Assembly: GCA_031379665.1 (NCBI GenBank)
Contig: JANNFI010000089.1
Span: 18,170 to 82,169, forward strand
Origin: Ignavibacteria bacterium
Lineage (GTDB): Bacteria; Bacteroidota; Ignavibacteria; UBA10030; SZUA-254
DNA: 64,000 bases
Reading direction: 5' to 3'
In this document: positions 17,876 through 26,396 of the stretch, piece by piece
Layout of the letters: each line of letters opens with the position of its first letter
How positions within the stretch are numbered: position 1 is the stretch's first letter
Translations under genes and position numbers: made by a program
The notes under the pieces: model-generated
The model's input: only the letters and a program-made list of their open reading frames with translations
What the model was told of the DNA's origin: nothing
The model's database searches: none

Positions 17876-20125
17876 TCATCGACCGTCGCCCGGCGGCTTT
17901 TCGGGTTCCTGTTCCGTCCCGTCCCCGGCCGCGAGCTCTTCCCTCGTCCTGTCGGCCACGATCCGTTGCAGCTCGAGCGGATGGTCCTCTTCCATCTCTT
18001 CCTCGGTCAGCGTCCCCTTCCAGAACGCCACGTTCAGGGGATACACGTCCGGGTTGAAGATCACGAAGTAGAAGTGCCACACGACGATGGCGAGCGTCGC
18101 CAGCCACGCCTCGTAGTAGTGTATGGTTCGGGCCACGTCATATCCCATTTTCGTGAGGAGGCCGATGAACGTGTTGTCGAACCACATGACGACGCCTGTT
18201 ACGCCCATGATGAAGGTGCCCCATATGAGAGCCCAGTATTCGGCTTTCTCGATGTAGGAAAACCGGTCGAAGAGCGGGCGCTCCGCTTTGAGGCCGAGGT
18301 TGTACCTCACCATCGCGACGGCGTCCCTGGCGTCACGGAGCCGCGGGAGCATGTCGTTGATAAGGCGTCGCCCCGGATGGGTGAAGAGGACGTACCAGAC
18401 GTGGTAGAAGCTCGCCCCCAGCATCACCACCCCGGCGACGCGGTGGATGACGCTGCGGGTGTCGAACACCGATCCGCTCAGCGACCTGATCCACTGCACC
18501 CACCACGCCTCGGGGAAGCGGAGCATGAACCCGGTAACGACCAGCGTCGTGAAGCTCAAAAGGAGCGCTGCGTGCTGGAACCTTTCGTTGGCCCCCATCC
18601 TCGGGTAGAGCTCGTGGCTCGTATGGGGGTGGGGGATGAGGCCGCGCCGGACCATCAGTTTCCGGCGTGATTTCCTCACGAAGTCGAGCGCGTTGTGGAC
18701 GAGCATCCCCCCGATAATGACCACGATCAACGCGATGTAGGCCGTCGAGATCCAGTAGAGCGTCGGCTCTTCCGCGCGGGAGGTCTCGTCGACGTGGACC
18801 TTGCCGACGGTAAACCGTTCGTTCGCCCCGGGATGGCAGCTGCCGCAGGTCTTTGCGAGGTTCGCGTGGTTGATCGTGGAGGTGGAATCGTCCGACGACC
18901 TGATGTTGTGCGTCCCGTGGCAGCTCGCGCAGTTGGCGACCTCGATCGAGCCGCCGCGGATGGCGAGGCCGTGGTAGCTGTCGGAGAAAGTGCGGAAACG
19001 GTCGCTCGCGATGCCGTACTTGGTCGAGAGGGCGGCGGAGCTGTGGCACGGCGAGCAGACCTGTGCCGAGAGGTTTTTCTTCGAGACGGGCGAGTTCGGG
19101 TCGTCGTGCCTGAGAATCGTATGTTCCCCGTGGCAGTCGGTACAGGTCGGCGCGTCGACAACCCCCTTCCGCACGGCCTCGCCGTGTACGCTCCCGTTGT
19201 AAACGTTCGCGATCTCCTCGTGACACTTGGAGCAGGTTTCGGAGATGTTCATCTTGCTGACTTTCGCCGTCGGGTCGTACCCCTTCGCCATCTCGTGGCT
19301 GCCGTGGCAATCGACGCAGTTGGGCGCGTCACCGTTACCGTTGACCAGCGCCCGCCCGTGGACGCTCTGTTCGTACGCGGCGATGAAGCCCGCCGACGGC
19401 GAGGACCTTTCCCTGACATCGGGGTTGTCGAGGTGGCAACTCAGGCAGAGGTGTTCCTGCGCCAGCTTCAAACCGACGGCGTCGTCGGGGTGGCTCGCAG
19501 ACGTGATGTCGTGGTCGTGACAGCTTATGCATTCCGGCGCGCCCTTCACCCCTGCGGAAAACGCCACGCCGTGCGCCGATGCGGCAAACTGCCCGACCAC
19601 ATCGTCGTGGCACCGGCTGCAGCCGTCGGAAATGTTCGCGCGGTTGAACGGCGATTCCTTCGTGTCGGGTGAAATGACGTCGTGGGTACCGTGACAGTCC
19701 TTGCACGAGACCGTGGGTTCTTCCTTCGCGGCGATTGCCCTCGCCATCCCGGGATGGAACGAGTGTTTCAATTCGACGCCCCTGTGGCAGGTGAGGCACT
19801 CCACCGGCCGTATGGTTTTCTTGTGCGGGAGCTCGTTGATGTCGAAGCCCGCGTGACAGGCCGAACAGACCAGTTTCCGATGCGGCGACCTGTCGAGGAC
19901 TGCGGCGTCGACGTGGAGCGACACCGGCGACCCGTTTCTCTCGGTCGCGAGCGATGCGTCGGAGTGGCAGGCCAGGCAGTCGTCCTTCGACTGGGCCCTC
20001 GCGGGACCGTTCAACATCCAGAACGCGGCCAGGAGGAACGCCACGGCCGCGAGGGCCACCACGAGCATCAGCCGCGCGAGCGGACTGCGTGCGGTGTATC
20101 CGGCGGATTGATCGTTGGTGTTCAT
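17876..20125 (-). CDS. 13-haem cytochrome c fused to a C-terminal dihaem b-type membrane domain (CbcL-like architecture)
   Basis: 13 CxxCH in the N-terminal ~450 aa. The C-terminal ~280 aa has 4-5 TM helices with conserved His pairs (HRVAGV...YHVWY, HYYEAW...WHFYF), resembling FdnI/HydC Ni_hydr_CYTB domains. Confidence 0.8.
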   Translation of the reverse strand: MNTNDQSAGYTARSPLARLMLVVALAAVAFLLAAFWMLNGPARAQSKDDCLACHSDASLATERNGSPVSLHVDAAVLDRSPHRKLVCSACHAGFDINELPHKKTIRPVECLTCHRGVELKHSFHPGMARAIAAKEEPTVSCKDCHGTHDVISPDTKESPFNRANISDGCSRCHDDVVGQFAASAHGVAFSAGVKGAPECISCHDHDITSASHPDDAVGLKLAQEHLCLSCHLDNPDVRERSSPSAGFIAAYEQSVHGRALVNGNGDAPNCVDCHGSHEMAKGYDPTAKVSKMNISETCSKCHEEIANVYNGSVHGEAVRKGVVDAPTCTDCHGEHTILRHDDPNSPVSKKNLSAQVCSPCHSSAALSTKYGIASDRFRTFSDSYHGLAIRGGSIEVANCASCHGTHNIRSSDDSTSTINHANLAKTCGSCHPGANERFTVGKVHVDETSRAEEPTLYWISTAYIALIVVIIGGMLVHNALDFVRKSRRKLMVRRGLIPHPHTSHELYPRMGANERFQHAALLLSFTTLVVTGFMLRFPEAWWVQWIRSLSGSVFDTRSVIHRVAGVVMLGASFYHVWYVLFTHPGRRLINDMLPRLRDARDAVAMVRYNLGLKAERPLFDRFSYIEKAEYWALIWGTFIMGVTGVVMWFDNTFIGLLTKMGYDVARTIHYYEAWLATLAIVVWHFYFVIFNPDVYPLNVAFWKGTLTEEEMEEDHPLELQRIVADRTREELAAGDGTEQEPEKPPGDGR

Positions 20126-20132
20126 ATTGGCC

Positions 20133-20972
20133 TCAGCGCGCGAGTTTCACGTCGTTGATCGCCTCGACCACGAGGGGAAAATACCGGTCGAGGGCGCATT
20201 CGACGTCGTCGCGCAGGTTGCAGCTTCCGCCCGGAGACTGGTGCACGCAGACCGAACAGACTTTTTCCCTCAGCCGTGCGACGAATGGCCCGATGTCGTC
20301 GCCTCCGGTGGTGAGCACGATGTCGATGATCTCAGGCAGGTAACGGTTGATGGCACACTCGTCAAAGGTGGAGGTGACGCAAAGCCCCGTCGGGGTGCGG
20401 TCGAGGCATTTCGCGCACACCCTCTGCCGGATCTCCCGGAGATACAGTTCTTCGTGCGACATGGAGTTCTCCCCTTCCATTTCCCAGTTTGTGGTTTCGG
20501 CAGGCTTCCGCGCGGTCCGTCCGGGCTTCACGACCATCACCGGTATGGAGGCGCCTCGCAGGATCTCCCCGGCGATTCCACCGGTGCGGACAGGATCACC
20601 CGCCGGCTCCCCTCCGGCCGGAAGCGGGAGCACGATGATGTCCATCCCTTCCTCCCGCGCGAACCTCAGGATCTCCGCGGCGGGCACCCCCCTGCGGACG
20701 ATACAGGCAAGCCGGGAATTCGGCCTGACCTTCTTCAGGAAGAACTCTTCCATCGCGTGGTATTTTTTCCGGAGATCCGGATCATCCTCCGCCGGTGATG
20801 CGTGATTTCCCGGGGCGAACCTCTCTTCGGGCGGGGTGATGACGTGAATCAGGTATATCTGTGATTTTTTTCCGTCGGAGAGGGCCAGGGCGGCATCGAG
20901 CGCGCATAATGAGGTGTCGGTGAGGTCGACCGGTACCAGAATCTTGTCGATATGTGCGGCTTTCTTCGACAT
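20133..20972 (-). CDS. Universal stress protein domain fused to a duplicated 4-Cys C-terminal module
   Basis: UspA-like N-terminus (KILVPVDLTDTSLCALDAALAL...VLPLPAGG). C-terminal repeats are VCAKCLDRTPTGLC..ECAINRYLP and VCSVCVHQSPGGSC..ECALDRYFP. Lies 7 bp upstream of the CbcL-like gene. Confidence 0.7.
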   Translation of the reverse strand: MSKKAAHIDKILVPVDLTDTSLCALDAALALSDGKKSQIYLIHVITPPEERFAPGNHASPAEDDPDLRKKYHAMEEFFLKKVRPNSRLACIVRRGVPAAEILRFAREEGMDIIVLPLPAGGEPAGDPVRTGGIAGEILRGASIPVMVVKPGRTARKPAETTNWEMEGENSMSHEELYLREIRQRVCAKCLDRTPTGLCVTSTFDECAINRYLPEIIDIVLTTGGDDIGPFVARLREKVCSVCVHQSPGGSCNLRDDVECALDRYFPLVVEAINDVKLAR

Positions 20973-21033
20973 ACCTGTATGAATAATAGACATCCGCGGA
21001 CACACGGGGTATGACCTCTGAAAGGTTCCGATA

Positions 21034-21045
21034 TGATTTTTATCA
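21034..21045. promoter_or_regulatory. Candidate FNR/CRP-family operator (TGAT-TTTT-ATCA) in the usp/respiratory-operon promoter
   Basis: A perfect TGATnnnnATCA palindrome sits about 60-75 bp upstream of the USP start, in the gap between the Crp/Fnr gene end and the USP gene. Confidence 0.35.
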
Positions 21046-21139
21046 GGTTCCGGGATTGATCTTGCGAATCGGAGGGAATTTCAAGGCGCCGGCGAGGGAG
21101 CGTGGCGGCTGACGGATGTCGTGTGGAGGGTTGCCGGGG

Positions 21140-21853
21140 CTAGTCGGGAATGCGTGCCGCCTCTCGAAGGGCGCGCAGGTTCACAATGCTGATCTTTTTC
21201 CCCTCGAGAACGATCGTCCCCTCCCTCGCGAGTTCGGAGAGCACTCGGATGACCGTCTCCGACACCGTGCCGATGTAGCTGGCGATTTCTTCCCTGGTGA
21301 GCCTGCTGCGCAGCGTGTGCCCGTCGTCCTCGGTGCCGTAGAATTCCTTCAGCATCAGGAGCGTCTCGGCCAGACGCTCCCTCACCTGTTTCTGGGCGAG
21401 TGACACCTGCTTCTGTTCGGCCCTGGCGAGGTCCTGCGTCAGTTGACGCATGATGCCTGCGGTGAGCGCGGGGTTTTCTTTCAACAATAGTTGGAAGGTC
21501 TGGCGTGGAATGAAGCAGATCGACGCGTCCTCCAGCACGGTGGCGGTGAGTTCGTACGGCGTCCCGCTCACGAGCGCCCGGTACCCGACCACGTCCCCCT
21601 CGCGCGCCAGGCGGACGATCTGTTCACGCCCCGCCTCGCCGACTTTCGTCAGCTTGACCTTGCCCTGATTGAGGCAATAGAGTCCCGACGGGTAATCGCC
21701 CTCGTAGAAGAGGACCTGGCCGCTCCTGTGGAAGTTGCATCCTTTGTGGAGTTGGAGTTTTCCGAGTTCCTCCTGGGAGAGGACGCTGAACATCGAATGG
21801 AGCCGCGGCAGGCAGGTCTCGCAGTGCGGTATCTCGAAAAGATTTTTCATCAC
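21140..21853 (-). CDS. Crp/Fnr-family transcriptional regulator with N-terminal Cys cluster
   Basis: cNMP-binding domain plus C-terminal HTH (EIASYIGTVSETVIRVLSELAREG). The N-terminal HCETC...C pattern is reminiscent of Fnr. Confidence 0.8.
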   Translation of the reverse strand: MMKNLFEIPHCETCLPRLHSMFSVLSQEELGKLQLHKGCNFHRSGQVLFYEGDYPSGLYCLNQGKVKLTKVGEAGREQIVRLAREGDVVGYRALVSGTPYELTATVLEDASICFIPRQTFQLLLKENPALTAGIMRQLTQDLARAEQKQVSLAQKQVRERLAETLLMLKEFYGTEDDGHTLRSRLTREEIASYIGTVSETVIRVLSELAREGTIVLEGKKISIVNLRALREAARIPD

Positions 21854-21854
21854 G

Positions 21855-22790
21855 CTATAAAATCTCGGAGATCTCGTGAAGGGTGAAGCGCGTGCGTTTC
21901 CCCTTGAGCGCGACGTCGTTGAACGTTTCCCTTGGGCGCACCCGCCCGAAGACCTCGCGCAGCGCCGCGTCGGAAATGAGCATCGACGTGCCGGTCTGTT
22001 TGTTGGCCTCCTCGATTCGCTCGGCCACGTTCACCGCATCGCCAATGACGGCCATTTTTTCCATGTTGGCCATGCCAATGGTGCCGATCACCACAGGGCC
22101 GTAATGGATCCCGATGCGGACACGGAACTTCCGCCGGTACATCGCCTGCAGGTAGGGGTTCAGCGAATCGACCTCCCAGAGCATCTCGAGTCCGGCGCGG
22201 ATCGCGCGGTAGACCGGATCAGGAGCGTCGTCGATCCCGAAGAGCGCCATGATGCCGTCGCCGATGTAGTCGTTGATCCGGCCGCCGTGAGAGTCGATCA
22301 CCCGCCCCATTGTGATGAAGTACCTCCGGAGCGCGTGGATGACATCGTACGCCGGGAGCGACTCCGCGAACGATGTGTAATCGCCGATGTCCGCGAAGAG
22401 GATGGCCAGGTGTTTCTCCTCTCCGACCGACCCTAGCTTGAGACCATGGCCCGTCTGGTCGGCGAGCTGAATGTCGAGCGTGTCGAGGACCGTACGCCGG
22501 ACGGTGACGTCGCCGTTGACCCTGGTCTGACAGGCGAGGCGCACCTGGGGATCGAAGTTGAGCCTGCCCGCAATTTTCTCTTCGGCGCCCTGGCGCGGCG
22601 AGCAACGGTCGAGGCCGGCGATTACCACGACACGGCAGGTGGAGCACCTGGCCTTCCCGCCGCAAACGTGGACGTGGGGGATCCCGGAATCGAGGGAGGC
22701 CTCGAGGATGGTGGTCTCTCCGGATGCCTCCATCTCTTTCTCGTCGGGGAGCATCAAGATCTTGTTCATCGCCTCACCGTCAGTTGCCAT
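21855..22790 (-). CDS. 2Fe-2S ferredoxin domain fused to class III adenylate/guanylate cyclase catalytic domain
   Basis: N-terminus has CGGKARCSTCRV...C (plant-type ferredoxin). The C-terminal CHD has FADIGDYTSF...RIGIHYGPVVIGTIG...GDAVNVAERIE. An alternative start at 22769 (MNKILMLPDEK) also fits. Confidence 0.8.
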   Translation of the reverse strand: MATDGEAMNKILMLPDEKEMEASGETTILEASLDSGIPHVHVCGGKARCSTCRVVVIAGLDRCSPRQGAEEKIAGRLNFDPQVRLACQTRVNGDVTVRRTVLDTLDIQLADQTGHGLKLGSVGEEKHLAILFADIGDYTSFAESLPAYDVIHALRRYFITMGRVIDSHGGRINDYIGDGIMALFGIDDAPDPVYRAIRAGLEMLWEVDSLNPYLQAMYRRKFRVRIGIHYGPVVIGTIGMANMEKMAVIGDAVNVAERIEEANKQTGTSMLISDAALREVFGRVRPRETFNDVALKGKRTRFTLHEISEIL

Positions 22791-22814
22791 CCCTGATACC
22801 CGGTACGGGCTGAA

Positions 22815-23414
22815 TTATTCCTTCTTCTCCGGCTGGACCTTCTTCATCTCCACCCTGATGGTGAGCCTGACATCCTTCGAGACAACGAGACCGCCGGCTT
22901 CGAGCGCCTTGTTCCATTTGACGCCAAAATCGAACCGGTCGATGGTGGTTTCAGCTTTCCAGCCCATCCTCACGCCGCCTCGCGAATCGGTCATGCTGCC
23001 GAAGTAGATCGCGTCGAGCACGACCGGCTTCGTCGTATCGCGGATTGTGAGATTCCCGGTAATTTTGTACTTGCCATCCGGGGTCTTCTCGAACTTGGTG
23101 CTCTTGAAGGTCGCCTCAGGGTGCTTCGTCGCGTCGAAGAAGTCAGGGCCGAGCAGGTCGTTGTCGCGGTATTCGTTGTCGGTCGCGATGGTGCCGGTCT
23201 TGATGACGGCTTCGATGGTCGCAGCCGAGAAATCCTCACCCGCGGAGGTCATCTTGACGTCGAAGTCCTTGAACCGTCCGGTGGCTTCGGCGATGATCAT
23301 ATGGGTGACGGCGAATTCGACCGAACTGTGCGACCGGTCGACCTGCCAGGCGTCCTGGCCGGCGAGCGGTCCCGCGGCGAGGATGAGACCGAAGAGAACT
23401 GAGAGTATCTTCAT
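22815..23414 (-). CDS. YceI-family periplasmic protein
   Basis: MKILSVLFGLILAAGPLAGQ signal peptide plus the YceI-like HSSVEFAVTHMIIAEATGRF motif. The ATG at 23414 was chosen over the extended track ORF. Confidence 0.75.
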   Translation of the reverse strand: MKILSVLFGLILAAGPLAGQDAWQVDRSHSSVEFAVTHMIIAEATGRFKDFDVKMTSAGEDFSAATIEAVIKTGTIATDNEYRDNDLLGPDFFDATKHPEATFKSTKFEKTPDGKYKITGNLTIRDTTKPVVLDAIYFGSMTDSRGGVRMGWKAETTIDRFDFGVKWNKALEAGGLVVSKDVRLTIRVEMKKVQPEKKE

Positions 23415-23562
23415 GATGGTTGTACCCCGGTATAAGTGTTTGTGATTGGAATCGATCATTTTAGCCCAAGGGAAGGAATTGCAAGATAACAACGGCGGAG
23501 GGTAAATACAAGTTCCGCGCGACAGGCCGGGGACAACAGTCCTTAAAAATGAGGGGATTACC

Positions 23563-23931
23563 CTATTGTAGCAGTACTGTTCCATTAAAGCGTGAATAAT
23601 GACAACTGGTTACAGGATCTGTGGGGACCAGGGCCCCATTGGCATGAGCCAGCGTGTTCCGTGCGACGACGCCGCGTAAACTACAATGGTAAAGTTTCTT
23701 CCGGAGCGCACCAAGACATGTTTCGATATCCCGGAGACTTTTTCTGAGGGTAATCTGGGCAAATGCCAGAGCTACGAACTGACTGCGCCGCGAGAACCGT
23801 TTGACGTAACGATCCCCCTGATATCGTCTGACGCACCGGCGGAACTCCGGCATCGGGAGGAAGTCCCTGAGTTGAGCGAAGACCGTTTTTCCCCTGTGTT
23901 CATCTACCCATCCTAACCCGAGGAGAAACAT
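23563..23931 (-). mobile_element. IS4-family (DUF4372-type) transposase N-terminal fragment, truncated remnant
   Basis: MFLLGLGWVDEHRGKTVFAQLRDFLPMPEFRRCVRRYQGDRYVKRFSRRSQFVALAFAQITLRKSLRDIETCLGA matches the N-terminal region of IS4/ISPg1-like transposases. The ORF stops after 122 aa and the DDE catalytic part is absent. Confidence 0.6.
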
Positions 23932-24205
23932 CAGAATAGGTGGGGAATTGACACTGTCAAAGTTCTAATCTATTGCTCTCTTTTAATGTCGTAACGCGGT
24001 CACGTACAATGTGTTACAAGGATTTATGAAAAGTTTTTTGAGACAGTATTGCTATTGTATCTCAAGATAATCGTTCCTACCTTACGGTATGTTACAACAT
24101 TCAGCGATTTACATATCGGAAGTTCGGGACGCACGTGAACGATTATTAAGGTAGGCGTCAAGCTTCAATTCTCGCTTAGAAACTCGGTGGAGATTTAATC
24201 AAGCG

Positions 24206-24709
24206 ATGCGAATAACAAAAGTACTTGGCATTCGCATATTTGGGGTCGTTATATTTTGCATCCTAATGCTTGATGTAATTTTTCTCACGTTGGAAAATAG
24301 AGAACTTAAAACCGCTCTCGATGCCGTTGCCCAGCGCGACGAAAGCCCTCAGCTTCCCGGGATGGTTATACCTACTTTTGGTGCTTTGACTCTGGGAAGA
24401 AACGCAGTCACACTTAATCTTGCTGATTCAGGTAAGCATTATCTTCTTTTTTTACTCTCCGCAGACTGTCACGCGTGTGAATCCACGTTAGGCTCATGGA
24501 ACTCCTTTAAGACCGAGGGTAACGTCGAGATACTGGGTGTATCGCTCAGTAATTACGAGGAGACCGTCCGATATGTGGGTTCTAATAGTGTCGAGTTTGA
24601 TGTCTTGACGCTGTCAGATCCGAATTTTATCCCCACAATCAAAATTAGAAGTATCCCATTAACCATCCTCATAAACCCGAGAGGGGTCGTCGTTAAATCG
24701 TGGGGGTGA
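24206..24709 (+). CDS. Membrane-anchored thioredoxin-fold (TlpA/ResA-like) protein with CHAC active-site motif
   Basis: N-terminal TM helix. YLLFLLSADCHACES is a CxxC motif in a thioredoxin-like context, and IPLTILINPRGVVV is a cis-Pro region. Confidence 0.55.
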   Translation: MRITKVLGIRIFGVVIFCILMLDVIFLTLENRELKTALDAVAQRDESPQLPGMVIPTFGALTLGRNAVTLNLADSGKHYLLFLLSADCHACESTLGSWNSFKTEGNVEILGVSLSNYEETVRYVGSNSVEFDVLTLSDPNFIPTIKIRSIPLTILINPRGVVVKSWG

Positions 24710-24825
24710 ATACTGTCACCAAGCGATCTACAAGATATTCGATCCCTCCTCATATCGGAGAATATTTCAGATAATTCCAAGCCATAAATAATTATCAACT
24801 CAATCAACCAACCTAGGAGGGAGTC

Positions 24826-25047
24826 ATGAATGCTTTTCCGAAATCCAGCCTGCTTTATGTTATTGGATTCGTCATTGCCATGGCGGGTTTAATTCAGCTA
24901 AATGTTACCGTAGCCAAAGCGGACCTCCCTCCATGTCCCACAGTGTGTTCTTGTGATGACCCGAGGCCGGGTGGGTGTGCGTGGAACTGTAACGGACAAA
25001 TCATCTCAAATTGTGGGGCATACTACAGTTTCTGCTGTCATTCTTGA
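24826..25047 (+). CDS. Secreted cysteine-rich small peptide (10 Cys in the C-terminal 42 aa)
   Basis: AGGAGG lies 7 nt upstream of the ATG. Signal peptide ends ...VTVAKA, followed by DLPPCPTVCSCDDPRPGGCAWNCNGQIISNCGAYYSFCCHS. Confidence 0.55.
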   Translation: MNAFPKSSLLYVIGFVIAMAGLIQLNVTVAKADLPPCPTVCSCDDPRPGGCAWNCNGQIISNCGAYYSFCCHS

Positions 25048-25179
25048 TGTTCCAGGGGAGTGAGGGTCACGCTCTCTCGTCCTGAATGAACAGCGGATTG
25101 CTGTCCTTTGACAAACATCACCCCTAAGTTATCATTAAAAATAAAAGATAGTGCATTGATAACATAGGGGTGAAATATT

Positions 25180-25938
25180 ATGATGAAAGTATGCTTGGGA
25201 CTAGCATTATTCTTACTCGGCTGTGTGCCGTGGGGATTTGATAAATCGGATGCTATTGTTGCACGCTCAATGACATCATGGTCTGATCGCGATTGTTTGA
25301 CAATCATGCTTTCAGCGATGCAGCATAATTATTACGATCCTGAGAAACCGCCGATTTTGGCTTGTGTGACACCGTACACACCGAGAGTTGTCATGGCATT
25401 GAACCGAATGTCTCAGCTTAAACATCGATGGTCAGATGAGACACTCCAGCACCACGCGGATGCGCTCCTCAAAGACGCGTCAGGGCTGTATGCGGATTGG
25501 GAGCATAATGCTCAGATCTATGATTCAAAGTTAAATCGACTTCGGGATCCAACACAGATGGATTCGATAACATTTCTCGTTACCCTTTCGAATCGGACAT
25601 GGCCGTGCGCTCCGCCGGTACTACTTACGTTGGACAACCTGACTGGTGACAAAACCCCACAGTTCATGCAGTTGTCAGACTGGCCGTGCGAGGTTCCCGA
25701 TCTCACTAATATTGAGTCGAATATATTTTTGATCAACGATCGCGGTGATACCGTGAGACCGAGGTATGTCTGGGGACGGAAAGATGACCAACTCAGAACC
25801 GACGAGACGTTACTAGTGATGTTTCCACTTCGGTCTGAAAATACACATTTATTCGAAAATTCAACTCAGATAACCATCGCATTCGCCGAGTTCACACCTA
25901 AACTCCAGCTGACGTTTCCTTTGGCCTCCTTGCGATAA
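25180..25938 (+). CDS. Lipoprotein, hypothetical (island cargo)
   Basis: 252-aa ORF with MMKVCLGLALFLLGC lipobox. No recognised domain. Confidence 0.5.
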   Translation: MMKVCLGLALFLLGCVPWGFDKSDAIVARSMTSWSDRDCLTIMLSAMQHNYYDPEKPPILACVTPYTPRVVMALNRMSQLKHRWSDETLQHHADALLKDASGLYADWEHNAQIYDSKLNRLRDPTQMDSITFLVTLSNRTWPCAPPVLLTLDNLTGDKTPQFMQLSDWPCEVPDLTNIESNIFLINDRGDTVRPRYVWGRKDDQLRTDETLLVMFPLRSENTHLFENSTQITIAFAEFTPKLQLTFPLASLR

Positions 25939-26213
25939 CTGTAGGTCAACCCCATCAGATTAGGCAAAAGCATTGGCCCAACAATTGTTGGACATTTTTT
26001 TATTATAGAACATTTCAATAGTTATCTCTGCTCTTTGGGGTCGTAGATACTAATTTCCGAGGTGGATCACTTTGAGGGGAGCCGGTCATTCATCGAGACG
26101 CCGCTAATTTTTCAACAAAGCCATTGCGCTTCTCACCGAATATCCCTTTACACCTATGTCGATTCGTTACCAATCACCAGCATTGCTCCCAATAAAATCT
26201 GACCGGAACGGAG

Positions 26214-26396
26214 TCACGAGCAAAATTGATTCTTCAAATTTCCATATGTAGGCGAAATAGCTTTTGATGGATCGTACCCTAAAAATTCGACAATTTTGGA
26301 AGACCGGCACTTTCCAGGATTCTCCCTTCCACTTTCCCACCCCAAGTACGTATTTCGATTGACACCTAGAAGTGCCGATGCTTGATAGGCAGTCAA
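26214..26396 (-). pseudogene. XRE-family HTH regulator, 5'-truncated at the island/host junction
   Basis: LTAYQASALLGVNRNTYLGWESGRENP is a canonical HTH_XRE second half. Upstream in frame the HTH continues as LRQRRVDLNL into GC-rich sequence with no ATG/GTG before a stop, so the ORF-track start is a TTG. Confidence 0.45.

Noticed and set aside
21006-21139. Second possible Crp-like site GATTGATCTTGCGAATC at 21053-21069
   Set aside because: Only 4-bp palindromic arms are present. It is much weaker than the TGAT-N4-ATCA box.
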